This document shows, piece by piece, positions 56,984 to 64,000 of a stretch of 64,000 nucleotides of DNA. Under the pieces are notes generated by a model, which was not told the origin of the DNA, made no database searches, and saw only the letters and a list, made by a program, of their open reading frames with translations. This DNA is from a virus. Taxonomy: Duplodnaviria > Caudoviricetes. The translations under genes were made by a program, and so were the position numbers. Numbering within the stretch: position 1 is the first letter of the stretch; each line of letters begins with the position of its first letter. The DNA is taken from positions 2,966 to 66,965 of IMG/VR virus record IMGVR_UViG_3300002137_000145, one strand, 5' to 3'.

Positions 56984-57183
56984 TAGACGAACTTGCTGAT
57001 ATTAGACGCCTAGCAGGCATTACTGAGTTTAAAGGTCTACAGCCCTACGGCGGTAGTAATATTAGCGTCACTGGAAACGAAAAAGGCGAGTTAATGAAAA
57101 AGCACAACATCAAGCCCGGAACGCCCGAATGGTTTAAGTTGTGGTTTAGCAAGCCATATCTAACAGGAGAGAAGCCTGTATGA
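56980..57183 (+). CDS. small conserved phage protein
   Basis: IRRLAGI, NIKPGTPEWFKLWF. Confidence 0.75.
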   Translation: MIDELADIRRLAGITEFKGLQPYGGSNISVTGNEKGELMKKHNIKPGTPEWFKLWFSKPYLTGEKPV

Positions 57184-58148
57184 AATCTAGTGAATTTGTA
57201 ATAGAAAAGAAAAAACGCAAAAAGCGTAAGGCTCGCGGTGCTGCATGGGGTCCAGGTCCTTACGGCGGCTACGGCTTTGCTACAGGATACAGCGGAGATG
57301 GTAGTGGGGCCGCTGCAGGTGGCGACGGAGGCGGTGGTGGCGAAAGCATCGAGTTTGACGAAGGCATTAAAGATACTTTAATAAATTTAGGCATCAGTGC
57401 TGCTATAGCAGGTGGTGCAATGGGCGGTTTAACTATTAAGCAAGCTCTAACTAGTCCAACTATTCCTACTGCAACAAAGATTGAAATTGTACAGCAGGCT
57501 AAACTAGAACAGCCCGCCATTGAAAAACTAATCGGCGAGATAAAACAAGAACAACAACAAATTAAACAGCAGTCTAAACTTGCTCCCAAGACTAGCATTA
57601 AACCAAAGTCTCGTCCAAAAGACCTAGGCCAACCTAAAATTGTTAGTGCTACAGGCACACCTGCAGAAGCACTGCTAATGAAAACTGCAAGAGCTGCTGG
57701 CATTAAAAGTACAGAGCTTGCTGCGTTCTTAGCACAGTGCGCACACGAGTCGCATGACTTTAAGACTATGGTAGAATACGGTGGCAGTTTAGACTTCCGT
57801 AAGTATGATCCCAAGTATGCTCCTAAGAAAGCTAAAACACTGGGCAACACCAAAGTAGGTGATGGTGCTAGATTCAAAGGCAGAGGCTTTATACAAATCA
57901 CAGGTCGCTACAACTACGGCATTGCAGGTAAAGCGATCGGTATGGATTTAATCAAGAATCCCGAACTAGCAGAAAAACCAGAAGTTGCTGCTAAGATTGC
58001 AGTATGGTTTTGGCAACATCGTGTACAGCCGAGAGTAGATAACTTCAAAGATGTTGAAGCAGTCACTAAGCCTATTAATCCTAGAATGAACGGTCTAGCT
58101 GATCGTAAAGATAACTTCAATAATTATATGCAGGTAGCTATGAGATGA
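57180..58148 (+). CDS. second GH19 lysozyme/chitinase-like protein with long N-terminal extension
   Basis: AQCAHES, GDGARFKGRGFIQITGRYNY, IN...GLADR. Confidence 0.85.
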   Translation: MKSSEFVIEKKKRKKRKARGAAWGPGPYGGYGFATGYSGDGSGAAAGGDGGGGGESIEFDEGIKDTLINLGISAAIAGGAMGGLTIKQALTSPTIPTATKIEIVQQAKLEQPAIEKLIGEIKQEQQQIKQQSKLAPKTSIKPKSRPKDLGQPKIVSATGTPAEALLMKTARAAGIKSTELAAFLAQCAHESHDFKTMVEYGGSLDFRKYDPKYAPKKAKTLGNTKVGDGARFKGRGFIQITGRYNYGIAGKAIGMDLIKNPELAEKPEVAAKIAVWFWQHRVQPRVDNFKDVEAVTKPINPRMNGLADRKDNFNNYMQVAMR

Positions 58149-58345
58149 AAGCTCATGAGTTTATTACCGAAAACTTTGCGGATGGTAAGAAGCCAGGCCG
58201 TAAGGGTCTAGCAAAACGCAGTGGTGTAAATACTAAAGCAAGTGTTGGCAGTTTAAGAAAGACTGCTAAAAGTTCAAGTGGTGAAAAGCAAAGGATGGCA
58301 CACTGGCTTGCTAATATGAAAGCAGGAAAAGCTAAGAAAAAATGA
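58145..58345 (+). CDS. small basic probable internal head protein
   Basis: MKAHEFITE then NFADGKKPGRKGL...AHWLANMK. Confidence 0.75.
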   Translation: MKAHEFITENFADGKKPGRKGLAKRSGVNTKASVGSLRKTAKSSSGEKQRMAHWLANMKAGKAKKK

Positions 58346-58494
58346 CTCAAGCAGATCTAATTCATTATATAAAAAAATATAAAGAGCACGAAGCACGTAG
58401 AGCAAGTACCAATGAGCGCAATGCTTATTGGCAACAACATGCAGAACGTAAAGACTATGTACCGCAATCACAAGCAAGATTTGAACACGGATAA
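58342..58494 (+). CDS. small hypothetical protein (50 aa, not in the ORF track)
   Basis: MTQADLIHYIKKYKEHEARRASTNERNAYW...; ATGA overlap with the previous gene. Confidence 0.5.
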   Translation: MTQADLIHYIKKYKEHEARRASTNERNAYWQQHAERKDYVPQSQARFEHG

Positions 58495-58509
58495 TATAAA
58501 TAATACACT

Positions 58510-58743
58510 ATGAGAATACATGAATTATTAGAAACAGCTACAACAGGTGCAACGTCCGCAGGCAATATTGCAACGGGACCTGTCGCTGCCTTTAAAGCTG
58601 ATAAATCATACACAGGCTCACCTGGCAAGCCTGGAACAAAAGCACCTAAACAAGGTAAAGTGAAGATGCAAAAGCCAACAGATAACGCACTTAACAGCAA
58701 AACCGGCCTCATGACAGGGCAAGGTAATATTATCAAAAGATAA
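58510..58743 (+). CDS. small probable internal head protein
   Basis: TATAAATA upstream; MRIHELLE then TATTGATSAGNIA. Confidence 0.75.
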   Translation: MRIHELLETATTGATSAGNIATGPVAAFKADKSYTGSPGKPGTKAPKQGKVKMQKPTDNALNSKTGLMTGQGNIIKR

Positions 58744-58772
58744 ATACATTATAGACCATTAGGAATCAAAAA

Positions 58773-59813
58773 ATGAACTTCAAGTCATTACTTAACAAAT
58801 TAGACAGTATGGAAGCGCCAAAATCGACACCAGCTGCGCCGCAATTAGATAAAGCTGTACAGCTTAACGAAGACGCTCAATTACGTGTTTTAAGCGGACG
58901 TACTACTTACGTTGCTGAAGCTAAGAAAAAAGCCGATGAAGAAGTTGCTGAAGAAATGAAAGTGGGAGATAAGAAAAAGTCTGCTACTGGTGGCACTATT
59001 GAAAAAACTGCTACAGGAATTAAGCACACTGCGGGCAAGAACTACAGTGGTAAAGCTGCTGAAAAAGACGAAAAGAAGAAAGACGAAGCAGTTAAAGAAA
59101 GTTCCGATGCACAAAAAGCTGCTCGTTCTAAGTTCATGGACATGGTAAAAAGCAAAAAAGGTCAAGCTGCTCTATCCACTGCCAAAGCACAACCTAAAGA
59201 GAAAGTTTCACTTAAGAAAGCTCCTTGGGATGACAAGAAAGATGAGTCTGTTAAAGAAAGTAAGAAAGAAGCTGACGGCAAATTACCATCAATGGCACAC
59301 ATTAAGAAAATGTGCCAGGATGGAAAATCTGTAGCAGAAATTTGTAAAATGCATCCCGATTGCAACCAAAAAGAATTAAAACAGATGATTTCTGATTGCA
59401 AAAGCAAATTGGAAGAAGGGGCTAAGCCAGACTTCCTAGACATGGACAAAGACGGCGACAAGAAAGAGCCAATGAAGAAAGCAGTTGCTGATAAAAAAGC
59501 AGGTCCTAAGAAAGGTGTTAACCCATTTGCTAAGAAAACTGAAAGTGCAATGATGCCAAAAGGTAAAAAGCGTCCAGTTAAAGAAAGCGTAGAACAAAAA
59601 CTATCTTTCAAACAAATGATTCAACTAGTACAAGAAAGCGGTGGCCAACAACAAATCGATCCAATGGACAAAGCATTGTTCAACTGGGCCGAGCGTGTTG
59701 CTAAATCTAAATTAGGTGAAGGCATGAAAGCAGAATTGTTTGCAGGTTTGATCTACGAGCGCAACGGTGGCGTATTTGAAATGTACGATGTACTAAGCGA
59801 AGACTCAAAGTAA
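58773..59813 (+). CDS. K/E-rich modular probable internal head / scaffold-like protein
   Basis: TAAATA at 58741; repeated VKES, LEEG, VAEE sites; EF-hand-like DFLDMDKDGDKKE. Confidence 0.75.
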   Translation: MNFKSLLNKLDSMEAPKSTPAAPQLDKAVQLNEDAQLRVLSGRTTYVAEAKKKADEEVAEEMKVGDKKKSATGGTIEKTATGIKHTAGKNYSGKAAEKDEKKKDEAVKESSDAQKAARSKFMDMVKSKKGQAALSTAKAQPKEKVSLKKAPWDDKKDESVKESKKEADGKLPSMAHIKKMCQDGKSVAEICKMHPDCNQKELKQMISDCKSKLEEGAKPDFLDMDKDGDKKEPMKKAVADKKAGPKKGVNPFAKKTESAMMPKGKKRPVKESVEQKLSFKQMIQLVQESGGQQQIDPMDKALFNWAERVAKSKLGEGMKAELFAGLIYERNGGVFEMYDVLSEDSK

Positions 59814-59830
59814 TTCCTCCAATTACTAAT

Positions 59831-59863
59831 AAAAAGCCAGTCATAGGTTGACTGGCTTTTTTT
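59831..59863 (+). terminator. intrinsic terminator overlapping a -35 box
   Basis: AAAAAGCCAGTCA-TAGGT-TGACTGGCTTTTTTT. Confidence 0.85.
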
Positions 59864-59876
59864 ATGGCTGTATAAT
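59848..59876 (+). promoter_or_regulatory. sigma70 promoter
   Basis: TTGACT-17 bp-TATAAT. Confidence 0.8.
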
Positions 59877-59903
59877 ATAGATTAACCCTAAGGAGATTAT
59901 TAT

Positions 59904-60170
59904 ATGGCAAAGATGTACGGACCTGAAGAAAAAGCAAAGTTGGAACGACTTATTAACGAGGGTTCTAATGTATTGCGAGAAGTTGAAGACCTAACTGAAG
60001 GTCTTAAAGAAACTGTTAAAGCAGTTGCCGAAGAACTTCAAATTAAACCTAGCTGGATTAACAAAGCAATTAGAATTGCCCGTAAGGACAATTGGGCATC
60101 GCATGAAGAAGAGTGGAACGAAATTGAAATGATTCTAGGTGTCACTAAGAATCTTCCAGAGTCTGAATGA
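59904..60170 (+). CDS. dsDNA-binding protein (T4 DsbA / GapR-like)
   Basis: 88 aa, helical; LKETVKAVAEELQIKPSWINKAIRIA pattern. Confidence 0.65.
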   Translation: MAKMYGPEEKAKLERLINEGSNVLREVEDLTEGLKETVKAVAEELQIKPSWINKAIRIARKDNWASHEEEWNEIEMILGVTKNLPESE

Positions 60171-60457
60171 TAGAACTATTTTCTGGAACATATCGTTGGG
60201 CTAAACGAGATTACAAAGAATGGCCGCTAAGGTTTATTTTAGAAATCTCAGCTTGGTTTATGAGCATTGTTTGCGCAGTGTGGATGGGATTAACTTTACC
60301 TAATCCTCCGTTTCTAATTTTATATCCGTTGTTTATTATGCAATGTGCTGTATTTGGATGGGCTGCTTGGACTCGTAAAAGTACAGGAATGGTTGCTAAC
60401 TACTTACTGCTAGTCACTATTGATATTATAGCATTGATTCGCTTGATAAGTATGTAA
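60167..60457 (+). CDS. small multi-pass membrane protein
   Basis: Three hydrophobic helices. Confidence 0.7.
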   Translation: MIELFSGTYRWAKRDYKEWPLRFILEISAWFMSIVCAVWMGLTLPNPPFLILYPLFIMQCAVFGWAAWTRKSTGMVANYLLLVTIDIIALIRLISM

Positions 60458-60463
60458 GAGAAA

Positions 60464-60523
60464 GGTTTGATCAGCCACAATTGATTGTATTGGTATTTGC
60501 GAGCCGCAATTCGCATAAAGGAG
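60464..60523 (+). promoter_or_regulatory. tandem hairpins before the polB SD, candidate translational operator
   Basis: GATCA-GCCACAAT-TGATT and TGCGA-GCCGCAAT-TCGCA, then AAGGAG. Confidence 0.55.
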
Positions 60524-60527
60524 AAAT

Positions 60528-63197
60528 ATGAGCTACGTTGACGCATTCTATGATCGCGACGAGGACATTATACGTGTCGTCGAGCGCAATGACAAAGGTG
60601 AAAGGCATTATAAAGATTATCCTGCCAGACACATCTTTTATTATAAAGACCCCAAGGGCAAGTTCCTTTCAATTAAAGGTGAACCATTAACTAGAGTGAC
60701 TTCTAGGAATGTTAAAGAACACCGCAAAGAACTTGCAATTTATTCAAACAAAAAACTATATGAATCAGACATTAAGCCTGTATTCCGTTGTCTAGAAGAC
60801 AACTATCTTAATCAAGATGCCCCCAAGCTAAACGTAGCATGGTTCGACATTGAGGTAGACTTTGATCCAGAACGTGGCTATGCTTCACCAGAAGATGCAT
60901 TCATGCCAATTACTGCTATCGCTGTCTACCTACAATGGATGCAGACTATGGTATGTTTAGCAATTCCTCCTAAGACATTATCAATGGAAGAAGCTGAAAA
61001 GCAAGTAGCAGAGTTTCCCAACACAATGCTTTTTAAGAACGAAGCAGATATGTTAGATACGTTCTTAGACTTAATTCAAGATGCAGACGTACTAAGTGGC
61101 TGGAACAGTGAAGGATTCGATATTCCGTATACTGTTAACCGTGTCACTAAAGTTCTAAGCAAAGAAGATACTAGACGATTCTGCTTGTGGAATCAGTTGC
61201 CGAAGAAACGTGAATACGAAAAGTACGGCAAGACTGCTATTACATACGACTTCGTGGGTCGTGTACACTTGGATAGTTTGAACTTGTATCGTAAGTACAC
61301 CTATGAAGAACGTCACAGCTATCGACTAGATGCTATTGGTGAGATCGAAGTAGGTGAGAACAAGACCGTCTACGAAGGCTCACTTGATCAGTTATACAAC
61401 AATGACTTTAAAAAGTTTATTGAATATAACAGACAGGATACTATGCTTCTTGAGAAACTTGACAAGAAGTTAAAGTTTATGGATCTTGCTAACACACTAG
61501 CACATGAGTGTACTGTGTTGCTAATGACTACCATGGGTGCTGTGGCTGTGACCGAGCAGGCTATTATTAACGAAGCTCACAAGCGTGGCATGATTGTTCC
61601 TAATCGTATTAGCCGTGATGAGAACGTTGATACACAGGCTGCGGGTGCATATGTTGCGTTTCCTAAGAAAGGAATTCACGAGTGGATTGGCTCACTGGAT
61701 ATTAATTCACTGTATCCATCTGCGATTCGTGCATTAAACATGGGTCCAGAGACTATTGTTGGACAGTTGCGACAAGATGGTACTAACGACTTTGTTGCTG
61801 CTCAAATGGGCAAGGGTAAGTCATTCGCAGGTGCTTGGGAAGGTATCTTCGGAAGTTTAGAATATACTGCTGTAATGGAACGAAATGTCAGTCGAGATAT
61901 TACAATTGATTGGGAAGATGGTGGAAGCGATACATTAAGTGCTGCACAAGCATACGACTTGATATTTGAAAGCAACCAACCTTGGATGATTAGTGCTAAC
62001 GGTACTATCTTTACCTACGAAAAGGAAGGTATTATTCCTGGCTTGCTCAAGCGTTGGTATGCTGAACGTAAAGACATGCAGAAAAAACTCAAAGAATGTA
62101 TTGCTGCCGGCAACAAGATTGAAGAAGAGTATTGGGACAAGCGTCAGTTAGTTAAGAAGATTAACTTGAATAGTTTGTACGGTGCTATCCTTAATGCTGG
62201 TTGCAGATTCTTTGATAACCGTATTGGACAATCAACTACACTAACTGGTCGTGCTATTGCACAACACATGGCTGGAAAAGTAAATGAAATTATCACAGGC
62301 GAATTTGATCACACAGGTAAAGCAATTATCTATGGTGATACAGACTCCTGTTATTTCTCAGCGTATGCCACGCTAAGAAAAGAAATTGACAAGGGCGCAC
62401 TGCCTTGGACAAGAGAGAGTGTAATTGAACTTTACGATACTATAGGAGAAACTGTAAATGACACATTCCCAAAATTTATGCAAGATGCTTTCCACTGCCC
62501 CAAGACTCGAGGAGAGGTCATTAAGGCAGGTCGCGAGATTGTTGCTTCCAAGGGACTATTCATCACCAAGAAGCGATACGCAGTTCTCTACTACGACAAA
62601 GAAGGTAAGCGAGCAGACAAAGAAGGACACGGCGGAAAGATCAAGGCAATGGGACTCGATCTCAAGCGGTCAGATACCCCTGTTGTTATCCAAGACTTTT
62701 TAAGTGAAGTATTGACTCGTGTACTAAACGGTGAGACTAAAGAATCTATTCTAGAGTACATTACTGAGTTTAGAACTGAGTTTAAACTTCGTCCAGGTTG
62801 GGAGAAAGGCAGTCCTAAACGTGCAAACAAGATTTCAGAGTATCGAGACAAAGAAAAGAAAGCAGGCAAGACTAACATGCCCGGGCATGTCCGTGCTAGT
62901 TTGAACTGGAACACTTTGAAACGGTTAAACTCTGACAAGTATTCTGTGGCTATTATAGATGGTGCTAAAGTTATTGTCTGTAAGGTCAAAGATAATCCAA
63001 TGGGGTATACTAGTGTTGCATACCCTGTAGATGAACTACGGTTGCCGCAATGGTTTAAAGACTTACCATTCAATGATGCAGAAATGGAAACTGCTGTCAT
63101 TGATGAAAAGCTAGGAAACTTGATTGGAGTACTAGAATGGGATATCAGTTCTACAAGAAATGATAATACCTTCGGTAAACTATTTGACTTTGAGTAA
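60528..63197 (+). CDS. family B DNA polymerase (T4 gp43-like)
   Basis: Exo I FDIE, Exo II NSEGFDIPY, Exo III YNRQD; motif A DINSLYPS, B KINLNSLYG, C YGDTDS. Confidence 0.97.
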   Translation: MSYVDAFYDRDEDIIRVVERNDKGERHYKDYPARHIFYYKDPKGKFLSIKGEPLTRVTSRNVKEHRKELAIYSNKKLYESDIKPVFRCLEDNYLNQDAPKLNVAWFDIEVDFDPERGYASPEDAFMPITAIAVYLQWMQTMVCLAIPPKTLSMEEAEKQVAEFPNTMLFKNEADMLDTFLDLIQDADVLSGWNSEGFDIPYTVNRVTKVLSKEDTRRFCLWNQLPKKREYEKYGKTAITYDFVGRVHLDSLNLYRKYTYEERHSYRLDAIGEIEVGENKTVYEGSLDQLYNNDFKKFIEYNRQDTMLLEKLDKKLKFMDLANTLAHECTVLLMTTMGAVAVTEQAIINEAHKRGMIVPNRISRDENVDTQAAGAYVAFPKKGIHEWIGSLDINSLYPSAIRALNMGPETIVGQLRQDGTNDFVAAQMGKGKSFAGAWEGIFGSLEYTAVMERNVSRDITIDWEDGGSDTLSAAQAYDLIFESNQPWMISANGTIFTYEKEGIIPGLLKRWYAERKDMQKKLKECIAAGNKIEEEYWDKRQLVKKINLNSLYGAILNAGCRFFDNRIGQSTTLTGRAIAQHMAGKVNEIITGEFDHTGKAIIYGDTDSCYFSAYATLRKEIDKGALPWTRESVIELYDTIGETVNDTFPKFMQDAFHCPKTRGEVIKAGREIVASKGLFITKKRYAVLYYDKEGKRADKEGHGGKIKAMGLDLKRSDTPVVIQDFLSEVLTRVLNGETKESILEYITEFRTEFKLRPGWEKGSPKRANKISEYRDKEKKAGKTNMPGHVRASLNWNTLKRLNSDKYSVAIIDGAKVIVCKVKDNPMGYTSVAYPVDELRLPQWFKDLPFNDAEMETAVIDEKLGNLIGVLEWDISSTRNDNTFGKLFDFE

Positions 63198-63205
63198 ATT
63201 CATGG

Positions 63206-63234
63206 TTGACATTCACATCAAGTCCAATTATAAT
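63206..63234 (+). promoter_or_regulatory. consensus sigma70 promoter
   Basis: TTGACA-17 bp-TATAAT. Confidence 0.8.
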
Positions 63235-63258
63235 ATTAACATACATGGAGATTTCTAA

Positions 63259-63996
63259 ATGAAAGATATTTTGCAAGACATTGTGTCGCATACACAAAAC
63301 CTAGGCTTCTTAACTACAGTTAAAGTCACAGGCACAGAAAGCGGTACATCTATTAACTCAATGGCAGACGATCGTTCTGTTATTATGGAAGCTACTACTG
63401 CTGGTCCGTATCCAGATATGATCGGTGTCTTTGGTATGCCGCAACTTAACAAGTTGAAGTATTTGCTAGACGGCGCTGAGTATAAAGACAACGCTAAGAT
63501 TACAATTACTACAGCAGAACGTAATGGCGACACATTGCCAGTGGGTTTACACTTTGAAAACAAAGACGGCGACTTTAAAAACGACTACCGTTTTATGAAT
63601 ACAGAAATTATCAACGAAAAGATGAAGACTGTCAAGTTCCGTGGTGTTAAGTGGGATGTAGAGATTGAGCCTACAGTTAGTTCAGTACAACGCTTTAACT
63701 TTCAAGCAGGCGCTAACAACGAACATCCTACGTTCTTAGCTAAGACAGATAGCGGCAACTTAAAGTTTATCTTTGGTGATGCTAGCACACATGGTGGTGA
63801 GTTTGTATTTGCTACGGGTGTTGACGGTAAGTTGGATCGTGGTTGGACTTGGCCAGTGATGCCGATCTTGAGTATTCTTAAGATTGCCGATGTTAATAAC
63901 ACTAAGATGTCGTTGAGTAATGAAGGTGCTATCCAGATTACTTTAGACAGTGGTCTAGCAACTTACAAATATATCATTCCAGCACAAGCGGCCTAA
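63259..63996 (+). CDS. putative sliding clamp (gp45/PCNA-like)
   Basis: 245 aa directly after polB; alternating alpha/beta pattern; PCNA-like C-terminal YKYIIPA; clamp loader present in the window. Confidence 0.55.
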   Translation: MKDILQDIVSHTQNLGFLTTVKVTGTESGTSINSMADDRSVIMEATTAGPYPDMIGVFGMPQLNKLKYLLDGAEYKDNAKITITTAERNGDTLPVGLHFENKDGDFKNDYRFMNTEIINEKMKTVKFRGVKWDVEIEPTVSSVQRFNFQAGANNEHPTFLAKTDSGNLKFIFGDASTHGGEFVFATGVDGKLDRGWTWPVMPILSILKIADVNNTKMSLSNEGAIQITLDSGLATYKYIIPAQAA

Positions 63997-64000
63997 ATAT

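Noticed and set aside
60528-63197. Intein or intron in the DNA polymerase, or in ClpA or the clamp loader
   Set aside because: Lengths and motif spacing are normal; no intein splice-junction or LAGLIDADG motifs were seen.
1080-63902. Many 60-210 aa ORFs antisense to or nested in recognised genes (e.g. 18557..19135, 51310..51795, 57269..57901, 62591..63100)
   Set aside because: Shadow ORFs with no recognisable motifs or ribosome-binding sites, lying opposite well-supported genes. The Rz/Rz1 overlap is the only extensive overlap accepted.
1-64000. Alternative genetic code (stop-codon reassignment) as seen in some large phages
   Set aside because: Long conserved genes such as polB, clpA and the 2336-aa tail gene are uninterrupted in the standard code, and TAA, TGA and TAG all end genes.

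Overview
This window is a 64-kb slice of a large, AT-rich, T4-like tailed dsDNA phage genome (standard genetic code), not a cellular chromosome. The evidence is a family-B DNA polymerase, a clamp loader and probable clamp, gp9/gp10-motif baseplate/tail proteins, an endolysin-spanin-holin lysis cassette, PhoH, ThyX, and many TAAATA late promoters alongside near-perfect sigma70 promoters. Spanins, KdsA/KdsB and ErpA point to a Gram-negative host. Left to right it holds: a minus-strand operon with five radical SAM enzymes plus a 2OG-Fe(II) oxygenase, an asparagine-synthetase-like enzyme and a methyltransferase (1.5-10 kb); an atypical tRNA-like RNA; auxiliary metabolic genes (thyX, yccA, kdsB, kdsA, queD, PMM-like HAD, uvsE, sod, erpA); a tail/baseplate block (26.8-39.5 kb); replication, chaperone and lysis genes (39.7-53 kb); a block of probable head-packaged, protease-processed proteins (54-59.8 kb); and polB plus clamp. 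The best candidates for undescribed biology are the tRNA-like RNA with a rebuilt anticodon arm, the late-expressed radical SAM operon, a CMP-Kdo glycosylation system next to a fibre gene, a riboswitch-like queD leader, modular head-targeted polyproteins, and a tandem-hairpin operator in front of polB. All calls come from reading motifs by eye; no database searches were run.
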